Source: an uncultured virus (IMG/VR IMGVR_UViG_3300027770_000035)
Taxonomy: Duplodnaviria > Heunggongvirae > Uroviricota > Caudoviricetes
DNA length: 64,000 nucleotides
Virus record (IMG/VR): IMGVR_UViG_3300027770_000035
Strand: one strand, 5' to 3'
Part shown: piece after piece, positions 54,816 to 64,000 of the stretch
Numbering within the stretch: the first letter of the stretch is position 1
Layout of the letters: every line of letters begins with the position of its first letter
The notes under the pieces: model-generated
What the model was told of the DNA's origin: nothing
The model's input: only the letters and a program-made list of their open reading frames with translations
The model's database searches: none
Translations under genes and position numbers: made by a program

Positions 54816-56369
54816 TTATTGCTCTGCTTCAGGAGTTTCTGGTTCTGGAGTTTCTACTGGAGTTTCTTCTTCTGGAGGTGGACCACCACCTTCAATACCA
54901 GTTTCTGTTTCTCGTTCCACCTCAGGATTAACCAGACCATTATCAACATCAATCTGTTCCATTTCCTGATCGGTCTGCTTCAAAAAGTTCTGGCGAATAT
55001 ACTTCTGGGAGTAGTAACCTTCACCCATGTCAATTGCCTGTTTTGCGACTTCCATTCTCCGAGAAATGATTTCAGATTCATTGAATTCCATGAAGTGAGA
55101 CTCACCACGGAAGTCATAGAAGATAAGGTGCTTGAGTTCTGTTTCCCATTCATCAGGAGTGATGATCTCTTTGAGAATCAATTGTTTCCTGAGTAGGTCA
55201 GAGAAAAGCGCAGAGAATCTGGTTCTAAGTCTTTGAACAAACTTGAAGAACTTGATTTCTTCTCTGTTAATTTCTGTGGATCTTCCTGTGTTGAATGTTG
55301 CAGCATCATCCAGACGAGCCACAGGGACGTGCAAAGATCGATATAGTTTGCGTTGGAAGTACTGAACGTCGGTGAGTTCACCAAGATTCATACCACCAGG
55401 AAGTGTTCCGATTTCTGTTCCACGCCCACCTTCACGACGAGGAAGCCAGAAGTCTTCGGTCATTGTCTGGGTCTTCTTGTCGTCTCTGACTTCACCAGTC
55501 TCGGAATCATATACAATCTTATTACGATATTTGTTCATAATATCGTTTACATATTGTTCGGCCTTGACCTTGGGTAGATTACCAACGTCAATGTAGAAGA
55601 TTCTGCGTTCTGGTGCTCGGGATAGACGATAGATAACAGTAGCATCTTCGAGCATTCTTAGTTGATTCAGTGGCTTGATTGCCTTGTGAAGATAAGAAAG
55701 CACAACAATATTATTCTTATCATCCACAAGACCTGATGTTACCGAAGCCACCGAATCCACCGGGAGTTTTAGATTCTGGTGCTCATTGTATACATAGAAC
55801 TCGGTGATATCAGAGATAACTTCCACACCACGAGGATTCTTTTCTCTGTTTACTTCCTTGATCCTTTTGACCCTACGAGGATCCATATAGGATAACTGTT
55901 GAATACCATCTTTGGGACTATTGGTATCAATGGCAATATAGTAATAGATTCTACCATCGACATACCATCTCCTGAAAATTTCGTATGAGTTCTTATCGAA
56001 ATTTAGCAGAGACAGGATGGTGGTAAATTCCTCTCTGATAGAATCTTTGATATCGTCCGAATACTTTACCTTCTGAAGATCAAGTGAGACAGGAGATTCC
56101 TGGCCATCAGTAGAGATAGCTTCGTTTACGATTTCGTCTATAGCAGATTCAACTTCGGCCTGAAGTCCGATTTCTCGATACTTGTTAATCAGCAGGTTCT
56201 CGTTTGTTGTAGAGAATTCCAAAGAGTAAGAAGTGCCAAAATACCCACCAGAAGATACTACGGAACCTTCGGTGTCAAGCGGAGGAACGATTGAGTTGAT
56301 ACTCTTTCGCTCCTCTTCCTTGAGTTCCTTTTCAGTACGAACAATTTTGAATCCAAAAAAATCTAACAT
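54816..56369 (-). CDS. gp20: Portal protein gp20
   Basis: FRRWYVDGR, YRLSRAPERRIFYIDVGNLPK, EDFWLPRREGGRGTEI. Confidence 0.98.
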   Translation of the reverse strand: MLDFFGFKIVRTEKELKEEERKSINSIVPPLDTEGSVVSSGGYFGTSYSLEFSTTNENLLINKYREIGLQAEVESAIDEIVNEAISTDGQESPVSLDLQKVKYSDDIKDSIREEFTTILSLLNFDKNSYEIFRRWYVDGRIYYYIAIDTNSPKDGIQQLSYMDPRRVKRIKEVNREKNPRGVEVISDITEFYVYNEHQNLKLPVDSVASVTSGLVDDKNNIVVLSYLHKAIKPLNQLRMLEDATVIYRLSRAPERRIFYIDVGNLPKVKAEQYVNDIMNKYRNKIVYDSETGEVRDDKKTQTMTEDFWLPRREGGRGTEIGTLPGGMNLGELTDVQYFQRKLYRSLHVPVARLDDAATFNTGRSTEINREEIKFFKFVQRLRTRFSALFSDLLRKQLILKEIITPDEWETELKHLIFYDFRGESHFMEFNESEIISRRMEVAKQAIDMGEGYYSQKYIRQNFLKQTDQEMEQIDVDNGLVNPEVERETETGIEGGGPPPEEETPVETPEPETPEAEQ

Positions 56370-56394
56370 TATATGGTATTATCCTTTTTGTTTG

Positions 56395-56919
56395 TTACTG
56401 ATCGTCAGTGTTATCGTTAGTCCACCAGTCATAATGCCAGGTAACGGGGAACTCTTCAATAGTATCGGTGGTATTCCAGTCAACATCAATTGCAGCAATT
56501 TCGGCTGGCCAGATATTTTCAATATAATAAGTTTTAATTCCAGCACCCTCTTTACTATATTGGGTCACTCTAGCACTAGCACTTTTATAGATAGTATCTG
56601 TTCTCACATTACCAACATGAGAATTAATTCCAGACATCCAAGTTTCTAATTGATCACGAACCCCGAAATCTTCAAGATTGATGATAGTAGTTGTCCAATC
56701 AGCAAAGGTGCGATCACCCGCAACCTTAATCTTTCTACCAAAGTAAGGGACTTCAATCATACCAATAGTAGATGCAGGTAGAGAAGCCGCTTTACAAGTA
56801 AATTCTAAATTAGGAATAGTTCCATCAGCCCAACTGATAACAACATCAAATAGGGTATTTCTTGCTCCTTCACTTACCTTCTCTAGAGCAGACTTAAAAT
56901 TGTTTACATTAAATGGCAT
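56395..56919 (-). CDS. gp19: Tail tube protein gp19
   Basis: GAR..LF.V, CKAASLP, GR.IK.AGDRTF..W, IEEF.VT. Confidence 0.95.
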   Translation of the reverse strand: MPFNVNNFKSALEKVSEGARNTLFDVVISWADGTIPNLEFTCKAASLPASTIGMIEVPYFGRKIKVAGDRTFADWTTTIINLEDFGVRDQLETWMSGINSHVGNVRTDTIYKSASARVTQYSKEGAGIKTYYIENIWPAEIAAIDVDWNTTDTIEEFPVTWHYDWWTNDNTDDQ

Positions 56920-56982
56920 ATTTTTTATCCTCTTTTATTTATTCTAAGATTTTGAAAGGGGAGAAATTAATCTCCCCTCGTA

Positions 56983-58950
56983 TTAGAATTGACCGACTAC
57001 TGTCTTGAAGTCAACGCCAGTAGCAACGGCGACGAAGTTCAACTGAATGTAATTGATTGAACGAGCTGGCTTGATGTAGATATCGCCAACGAACTGATTC
57101 GCATCAATTACTTGAGGAGTGTTATTTGTGGTGTCACAAACAACCTTGAAGTCTGTAATGCCATTCCGACCCTTGACTGTTCTCAGGAACGGTTCTACAA
57201 GACCAACAAACTGGGCACGAGTAGAAGCATTATTGAGTTCGAAGAGGGAGAACTTGGCAGCAGCCGAGATAGACTTTTCCAGAGTAATGAACAAACGACG
57301 AACATTGATTCTATCAAAGGCCGAAGGACGAGCCAGAGCAGTCTTGTCACCGAATAGCACAGTACCCAGACCAGGCTGAGAAATAACCGGATTGATACCC
57401 ACAGAATAGAGACTATCCCGATTTGCTTGAGTCGGATTCCAAGCCAGCTTAATTACGTTCTTGATAACACCACGATTGTAACCAGCAGGAGAATACCAAG
57501 GATCATTTGTTTGGTCGGTACGAGCACAAAGACCAGCAATGTCGCCATTAAGAGGAATCCAGCGGAAAACATCATTATACTTATCGTACTGATACTTCCA
57601 GTTAGAATCCATAAAGGCATAGGATGAATTCGGATTAACTGTGGTTGTCATATAGGTGACAAGAGCAGTAGATACCGCAGAATCCCCACCAGAGTTATTG
57701 ACGACATCAGCCTGAAGTGGTGAGAAGAATACTACACAATCCTTACGAGAATTGGCAATACCAACTAGAGCACTTACAGTAGCCTGAGGTTCTCGACCAG
57801 CCATCAATAGATCCACAGTCACAGTATCTGAGTTGAACAGATTATAACCATTATTATTATTGATTACTGAAGTTGAATAATCATCCTGACCACCAGAAAG
57901 AGACGCAGCAGTTTCTGTATCAGCCGCCCAAGTGGTAGCAATCTGACGGAATTTTGCAGTAGATACAAAGCCGCTAGTTGCAGTTCCCCAAGCAGTATTT
58001 GTGGTGTCAGCAGTAGTTGGAGCAGCATTCCACCAGATATACTTGGACTGGTTATTGATCACATTGGCATAGTAATTGGTTGTTCCAGAATCACTGATCG
58101 CATCAGAGAACTTAGAAAGGAACTGATACTTTTCAAGAACTATACCAGCAGTACCTGAGATAGCACCATTGTCATCAACAACTAGAATATGAACTTCATC
58201 AAGAGCACCCGTCGCACCCTTGGATGTTGCGAAGGTAGAGGTGGAAGGAGCAGTTGCGAAATAAGATTTAATTGTTGAGGAACCCCCAGAAATTACTCCA
58301 GTAGCACCAGCATAGTTGCCAGCATCAACAGTATATACACTCAGGCCATCACCTAGAATACCAGGGTACTTGGCGATCCAGGGACCAGCACCAGAGTAAG
58401 GAGAGTTCGCAAGATACGCTGTCTGATTCTTAACGAGTGCGGTGGTAACGCCAGAGTTGACGATTGAGTTAGCACCAGTCTGAACGAAGGTAATTCCTGT
58501 AGAACCAATAGCACCAGTCGCACCAGCGGATAGAGTAAATCCGGTGGAACCAGCAATTGCAGTGATTCTTGCATTGTTTGGCATTGCAGGACCATATACG
58601 GGCATACCGACTGCAATACCAGTCGCACCAGTAAGTCCAAAATTGGTTGCAGTAGCACCAGTCGCACCGATGGTTCCAGTGAACTTCAACTGACTTACTA
58701 CACGAACGTTGGTAAGATTGTTGGCATAGGAAAGGAAGTTAGCAGCAGTGAAGAAATCCCCTGCATTAGAAGTGCTCGGTTTACCAAACTGATTGACCAG
58801 ATCTACTTCTGAAATTACTGTTGTTAATTGATCAGCCGGACCCCATGCGAAGTGACCAGCAAACCCACCTACTGATGTCGATACTCCAGGGACGGCTGTA
58901 GTGAGATTGAACTCACTGACATTTACGCCTGGGCTTGTTAGAATTGCCAT
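56983..58950 (-). CDS. gp18: Tail sheath protein gp18
   Basis: SPGV...E, PW.SPAG.NRG, FDRINVRRLF, IYIKPARSIN. Confidence 0.97.
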   Translation of the reverse strand: MAILTSPGVNVSEFNLTTAVPGVSTSVGGFAGHFAWGPADQLTTVISEVDLVNQFGKPSTSNAGDFFTAANFLSYANNLTNVRVVSQLKFTGTIGATGATATNFGLTGATGIAVGMPVYGPAMPNNARITAIAGSTGFTLSAGATGAIGSTGITFVQTGANSIVNSGVTTALVKNQTAYLANSPYSGAGPWIAKYPGILGDGLSVYTVDAGNYAGATGVISGGSSTIKSYFATAPSTSTFATSKGATGALDEVHILVVDDNGAISGTAGIVLEKYQFLSKFSDAISDSGTTNYYANVINNQSKYIWWNAAPTTADTTNTAWGTATSGFVSTAKFRQIATTWAADTETAASLSGGQDDYSTSVINNNNGYNLFNSDTVTVDLLMAGREPQATVSALVGIANSRKDCVVFFSPLQADVVNNSGGDSAVSTALVTYMTTTVNPNSSYAFMDSNWKYQYDKYNDVFRWIPLNGDIAGLCARTDQTNDPWYSPAGYNRGVIKNVIKLAWNPTQANRDSLYSVGINPVISQPGLGTVLFGDKTALARPSAFDRINVRRLFITLEKSISAAAKFSLFELNNASTRAQFVGLVEPFLRTVKGRNGITDFKVVCDTTNNTPQVIDANQFVGDIYIKPARSINYIQLNFVAVATGVDFKTVVGQF

Positions 58951-59018
58951 ATTGTTTCTCCTTGATATACTGTGGTATGTACCTTGTTTACTTTAAGTAT
59001 TTATAAAAATCGAATCTT

Positions 59019-60614
59019 CTAACCCAGCAGCCATCTCATGTCTTCAACTTGTTCCTGAGTCATGGGACTCTCATCCCTAAAAATTTGACCATACTCTGTT
59101 TGGGTATCTCCATCATCCACATTAATCATACCCGAATTAGCATTTTTCATTTCCTTGAAATATGATTGAGTGGACATCCAAGCAAACATAACAAGATTCA
59201 TAACCAGATCATCATGGATTCCAGTATCTGCCGAGTATGAATCGGCCTTGGAAATAAAATTTGACAATTCATGAATCTGATCATGAGTTAAATCTATTAA
59301 CTTATCTTCTTCTATTAGATCTTTTAGTACCGCACAACCAAGTCGTTTTACAGATTTGGTCATCTCTACACCAGAATCGGAATTCTTAACGAACTCTGAA
59401 CTCAGTACCTGCCTTTTATTTAGCACAAATGTTTTTGCCAAATACTCATAACCATATTCAAAATGACATTCTTCGGCTACTGCTCGTCCGATAGAATTTC
59501 TTTCGATTACAAGAAATGCATTGTTATATTTTTCACACACAGGCATGACCGTCTGAGCCAAAAAGTAGGGTCGAGTCTTATTACACTTCCATGTATAGGC
59601 GACCCTATAGGGAATTTCGGTCGTATCAATAATAGTAATAGTAGAATAATCTCCCAAATTACCCCCAGCCACATCTACCATACAGGCATAGGAGTGACCC
59701 TCTTCGGGCTTATGATTGATAACTGTATTGAAATCACTTGATATCGGAACTGTAGCATATAATTCTCTCAACTTACTTCCCATAATAAGAGTGTTGGCCG
59801 ATCCCAGAAACTCGTTTCCATATTCCTGTCTGAATCCGAGATCTCCAAGAATTTCTGTCTGAGCCTTGGCCCAAGCAGCGTCTCGTCCGGGAACCTGATT
59901 CCATGAAATTTCAAAGGGAAAGAAGTCGTTCTGTTTGGCTTTGGCTTCAGAAAATAATCGATAGAATAGATTCAATCCATTGGGAGTGGATGCAATAATG
60001 ATTTTAGTTTCCTCACCCGAGGAGATTGTGGGAAAGGTCGATTTGAAGAATTCTACAGAATTATCTACGAATGCGAACTCATCAAGAAATAGTAGATTGA
60101 CTGAATACCCACGAATCGAATCAGCCGAAGTAGATGACGCAATAATACGTGAGTTATTACCTAGTTCCAGTGAACCCTTATTGAGGACCTTGGCTCCCGG
60201 CTGTAGAAAGAATGGAATGGTTTCATATGCAGCCACAATTCTATTAAGAATTTCTCTTGCGATTGCGGCCTTATTTGCAAGAATAGCTACGGTCTTGTCC
60301 GGATTAAAGAAGGCATACCATAGAATGAATGCGGCAGTAGTGATGGTCTTTCCACTTTGTCTGGGAGAAAGCAGCACAACTTTCCTATGCTCGTGGAAAC
60401 TCTTAATTAATCCCTTCTGATATCCTCGAAGTTTGAATGGAATAAATCCATGATCCAATGAATTAATCTTGACATACTTCTCGATAAAGTATTCGGGATC
60501 CTGGGCACAACGAACATATTCCTTTACTTGGTCTTCGGTATAATCCTCTGAGAGATTGATCCGTTTAATTAACGGATTCAAATAATATTCTTTATTCTTG
60601 TGAGTCGTTACCAT
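59019..60614 (-). CDS. gp17: Large terminase gp17
   Basis: PRQSGKT, ILANK, LDEFAF, STPNG, HDDLVM. Confidence 0.97.
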   Translation of the reverse strand: MVTTHKNKEYYLNPLIKRINLSEDYTEDQVKEYVRCAQDPEYFIEKYVKINSLDHGFIPFKLRGYQKGLIKSFHEHRKVVLLSPRQSGKTITTAAFILWYAFFNPDKTVAILANKAAIAREILNRIVAAYETIPFFLQPGAKVLNKGSLELGNNSRIIASSTSADSIRGYSVNLLFLDEFAFVDNSVEFFKSTFPTISSGEETKIIIASTPNGLNLFYRLFSEAKAKQNDFFPFEISWNQVPGRDAAWAKAQTEILGDLGFRQEYGNEFLGSANTLIMGSKLRELYATVPISSDFNTVINHKPEEGHSYACMVDVAGGNLGDYSTITIIDTTEIPYRVAYTWKCNKTRPYFLAQTVMPVCEKYNNAFLVIERNSIGRAVAEECHFEYGYEYLAKTFVLNKRQVLSSEFVKNSDSGVEMTKSVKRLGCAVLKDLIEEDKLIDLTHDQIHELSNFISKADSYSADTGIHDDLVMNLVMFAWMSTQSYFKEMKNANSGMINVDDGDTQTEYGQIFRDESPMTQEQVEDMRWLLG

Positions 60615-60981
60615 GATTTTTATTAGTGTCTTTCAACAACTTCTGCAATTCTGCCGTACTTCCTACGAAAATATTATTCTGAGTATTGTTCTGGGTGTCT
60701 GGTTTCTTATTGCCAGCAGTAAGATCCGATAGGTTCTTGGCAACATCAGCCGTGGTCTTGATAAGACCAGACACTACTTCAAAGGCTCGTGGAGATTCTG
60801 CACTCTTGGCAAATGCAATCAGATTGTCTAGGGCATCCTTGGATTGGGCGATGAGTTCATAGTAGATCTTTCTCACATTGTCATGATCCTGCTCATCACT
60901 GGAAGGCACTGCCACAGGAACTACTTCTGCCTTGGACATAGGTTCAAGATCAAAGAACTCGCTAATACTGTCGGGTTTCAT
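60592..60981 (-). CDS. gp16: Small terminase gp16
   Basis: SPRAFEV, NNIFVGSTAELQKLL. Confidence 0.9.
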   Translation of the reverse strand: MKPDSISEFFDLEPMSKAEVVPVAVPSSDEQDHDNVRKIYYELIAQSKDALDNLIAFAKSAESPRAFEVVSGLIKTTADVAKNLSDLTAGNKKPDTQNNTQNNIFVGSTAELQKLLKDTNKNHGNDSQE

Positions 60982-60983
60982 AT

Positions 60984-61367
60984 TTATGGTGTTGGTGTAT
61001 CATCCTGGATGATAGGAATGATAGGCTCCGCAGGATGCGGTGCGACGTACCACGGAGAAGTCCTCACCACATACGGAGGATTAGCTCTGTTGTCAATACT
61101 TGCAGCAATCTTGTCCTGCAATGACTTAACTGTATCTTCGCCAAGTTCGGTTTTTACCCATTGAATTACTGTGTCCAGAGTAAGATCCGAAAAGGCAGAG
61201 AAATTATCAGGGTTAGGAGGAGCAACTGTTACCTGTCCATACTGGTTGTCCTGATAGGTTCCATCAGTACCATTAAGATGCCAGCTAACCACAGCAACAA
61301 CTTCTGTTAAGTCGCCCTGTGTGGGTATTACCTTCATGTCGTTGCATTGCCATGTATATTTAATCAT
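60984..61367 (-). CDS. Tail-fibre-associated small protein
   Basis: YTW, V.W...GTDG, F..F.DLT...V..WV, PW; follows fibre gene. Confidence 0.6.
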   Translation of the reverse strand: MIKYTWQCNDMKVIPTQGDLTEVVAVVSWHLNGTDGTYQDNQYGQVTVAPPNPDNFSAFSDLTLDTVIQWVKTELGEDTVKSLQDKIAASIDNRANPPYVVRTSPWYVAPHPAEPIIPIIQDDTPTP

Positions 61368-61382
61368 TTTAGTTTTCCTCTA

Positions 61383-64000
61383 TTAGTTAGACATCATCGT
61401 AATCCAATTAGTTCCATCACTTTGTAACATCGCAAACTTCCCTCCCGACGACCCCCCAAGGAGTATTGCTGTTCCTGCCGTTGCTGACCCCAAAGGTACC
61501 ACATTACTTGCATTGCTTGTGAGTGAATTTGCAGTTATATTTTTTACATACAATATTCTCCCGGCATATGTTGCAGCCGACAAAAGAGTTATTGTACAAC
61601 TGGTAGTGGTAATGATTAACGAAGAATCAGTACTCGCCATAGTGTAAGTAGCAGCGTTGACTGTGGTTGGGGATTTAAGTGCAATGCTTCCTTCATGATA
61701 AACAGTAGATCCTGCGATGTATGCGGTATTAGCACCTTTTCCCCCAACCGCTCCTATTACTATTTCGTTACTTACACCTGCTGCCGAAGCATAACTACCA
61801 GCACCTATGTAAACATTATAAGTTCCTGTAGCCTGATTTGTTCCAGCATTTTGTCCTATAGCAATATTATTGCCACCAGTTGAGATTGAAGCACCACTAT
61901 TGTAGCCTAAGGTTGTGTTATTGGCACCAGTAGTAATTGCAGACCCGGACACATATCCTATAGCAGTATTACCATAACCACTTGTAATGGTGAGTAGTGT
62001 CTGTTGTCCAACGGCAGTATTACCAGCAATGCTTGAAGTGCCTAATCCAACTGTAATACCGTTAATCAGCGCATCCCCAGCCACATGGAGTAATTTGCTG
62101 GGACTGGTGGTCCCGATGCCAACGTTACCGTTGGCTAGAATGGTAGCTCTAATTCCGCCTGGAGTTCCTAATTGCAAAGCGGAACCACTGGAACCTGCTG
62201 ATATAAAAGTGGCATACGCTAACGTATTAGTCAGGGTGGCACCAGCCGTGCTTCCCTCGACTCCAACATATCCCAGCCCGGTATTAGCAGAAGAGTTGAA
62301 TTGGGTGTATACAGCACTGGTGTCATTGGTACCAGTGATACGAATCACAGCACCACTCCCAACGATTGCGAGTTTATTGCCTGGCGTTGTCGTCCCGATG
62401 CCAACGTTTCCGGTTGTTGTTTGAATATACAGGGCATCGGTTACTGCACCAGCACCAGTGTGGACTTTGAACTGATGATACTGCCCTGAGTATTCAAATC
62501 CCACACGAAAATCAGTACCAGGCAACCAACCCATAGTTTGATAATTCGTATCGGTTGTGAATCCAGCAGTTACCCGATTGTCAGAACTAGCTCTTCTAAC
62601 TTCTAATTGCCCATAGTTTCCTGTAATTGAACTTGGTAAACCAATAGCCACATTTCCATTAACTGCAAGTTTTGAGGTAGGTGTTGTCGTCCCGATGCCC
62701 ACGTTGCCGGATGTGGCTTTAATGGTCAGCTTATCATTGCCAGATGCCCTGAAAAACAGATCACCACCAGCGGCAGTGGAGTCTAAATACAAATTGTCTC
62801 CACCATCAACTTGAAGTACGGTTCTTGCTGTTCCAGCAGCATCTTTGATTTGGATGCCCTGAGTGTTGTCTAAAAGAATCTTACCACCAGCCACATGAAG
62901 TTTTGCCGTGGGAGATGATATCCCGATGCCAACATTTCCTGTACTGTTAATTCTCACCCGCTCTGTTACTTGTCCCCCCATAATTCTGGTGCCGAAAGCG
63001 AGGTAACTAGCATAATCGCCATCCGTGGCGTTTTCTTTGGCTCCTTTTATCAGTGCCCACTGGGCTTGCCAGTCCAGGTGATACCGTCCGCCGAATCCTA
63101 TGGAGCCGCCAACATCGATTCCCAATGCAGTATTCGTCTCCACGTTGAGCACGCCAGCATTGTTAGCGCCAGCTCCAAATACGACATTGGGACCTGTCAC
63201 GGTCATGGTGGAAGCAGTGAGACTATCTGCCGCTGTATTCACAGTACCACTCAGAACATCCAGCTTCACATTTGGTGCCGTCGTCCCGATGCCGACGTTG
63301 CCACTATTCAGTACAGAAAACTGTTCTGAAATAATATTAGTGGAAGTTCGTGTACCAAGAGATACACGTACCAATCCACTACCATCTTGATATCCAGTCA
63401 ATCCCCCGCCACGCACGTCCGATCCAAATTCAAGCAGTTCTTTGAGTGACGCACTTGCCACAGGAACAGCAATAGCTGGGGATGTTCTGCCATATGAATT
63501 TGCGGCACCAATCTGTAAACTAGCAGATGGACTGGTGGTCCCAATTCCGACGCAGCCGCTATTTCTATTTATGAATAACCGATCCGCCCAACCACCATTG
63601 TTGACCTGGCTTTGAATAGACAAATCTGTTCCGGCACCATTGTCTGTTGCGTTTTCAGAACCAAGAGCCAGGAACTGCCAGCGATCTTGGATAGTGCCAG
63701 TGGCCTGGCCACGGCGGAACAACAACCTGTTACCACTATTGCCTGATAGACCTTCAGTAGTGAGGGTTGCATATGAACCAGTTGAGCCAGTCGAACGTGC
63801 TGCAATAACAGAAGATGTGGCATATACATCAAGCAAATACGCAGGTGACGTCGTCCCGATGCCCACGTTGCCGCTATTAGTAATCACCATTCTCTGATTG
63901 GCCGAACCATTGGCACCAGTTTCAAACTTAATTTCGCCAGCATTGGCATTGAGAATAAGCCCCCCTGAAATATTTGCCTGCGTAGTAAGCACGCCTGCAT
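61383..64000 (-). CDS. Tail fibre/adhesin-like protein, C-terminal part (5' end off the window)
   Basis: Seven GNVGIGTTxP-type repeats and NTAxG repeats; frame open to the window edge. Confidence 0.8.
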   Translation of the reverse strand, partial: AGVLTTQANISGGLILNANAGEIKFETGANGSANQRMVITNSGNVGIGTTSPAYLLDVYATSSVIAARSTGSTGSYATLTTEGLSGNSGNRLLFRRGQATGTIQDRWQFLALGSENATDNGAGTDLSIQSQVNNGGWADRLFINRNSGCVGIGTTSPSASLQIGAANSYGRTSPAIAVPVASASLKELLEFGSDVRGGGLTGYQDGSGLVRVSLGTRTSTNIISEQFSVLNSGNVGIGTTAPNVKLDVLSGTVNTAADSLTASTMTVTGPNVVFGAGANNAGVLNVETNTALGIDVGGSIGFGGRYHLDWQAQWALIKGAKENATDGDYASYLAFGTRIMGGQVTERVRINSTGNVGIGISSPTAKLHVAGGKILLDNTQGIQIKDAAGTARTVLQVDGGDNLYLDSTAAGGDLFFRASGNDKLTIKATSGNVGIGTTTPTSKLAVNGNVAIGLPSSITGNYGQLEVRRASSDNRVTAGFTTDTNYQTMGWLPGTDFRVGFEYSGQYHQFKVHTGAGAVTDALYIQTTTGNVGIGTTTPGNKLAIVGSGAVIRITGTNDTSAVYTQFNSSANTGLGYVGVEGSTAGATLTNTLAYATFISAGSSGSALQLGTPGGIRATILANGNVGIGTTSPSKLLHVAGDALINGITVGLGTSSIAGNTAVGQQTLLTITSGYGNTAIGYVSGSAITTGANNTTLGYNSGASISTGGNNIAIGQNAGTNQATGTYNVYIGAGSYASAAGVSNEIVIGAVGGKGANTAYIAGSTVYHEGSIALKSPTTVNAATYTMASTDSSLIITTTSCTITLLSAATYAGRILYVKNITANSLTSNASNVVPLGSATAGTAILLGGSSGGKFAMLQSDGTNWITMMSN

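Noticed and set aside
7619..60614. Introns or inteins in core genes; alternative genetic code
   Set aside because: gp41, gp43, gp46, gp17, gp20 and gp23 are uninterrupted and of normal length under the standard code, and all three stop codons end genes

Overview
Fragment of a large T4-like myovirus genome. It contains baseplate genes (gp53, 48, 4, 54, 26, 51 and a tape-measure-like gene), replication, recombination and late-transcription genes (gp41, uvsX, gp43, uvsY, uvsW, gp33, gp59, gp32, gp46, gp47, gp55) and the head/tail block (gp23, 22, 21, 67, 20, 19, 18, 17, 16, tail fibre). Accessory content includes a Dcm-like methylase, HNH and GIY-YIG endonucleases, phoH, a MoxR/vWA pair, dUTPase, lysozyme, four tRNAs and a permuted two-piece tmRNA. 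The most notable observations are: (1) an operon with an acidic peptide, an Sm-like small protein, a possibly structured spacer and three basic MTKKSRY-(Ser-X)n peptides, plus a fourth peptide copy 22 kb away; (2) a T_TTT_TTC -1 slippery site that would fuse gp26 to gp51 just before the tape-measure-like gene; (3) two alternative nuclease cassettes stacked in tandem between gp41 and the methylase, with duplicated flanks; (4) a block of proteins with capsid-targeting-like N-termini and polyprotein architecture; (5) widespread leaderless promoter architecture; (6) a G/A-A/S-T-G motif spread across unrelated virion proteins. All family calls come from motif recognition and synteny; no database searches were run.
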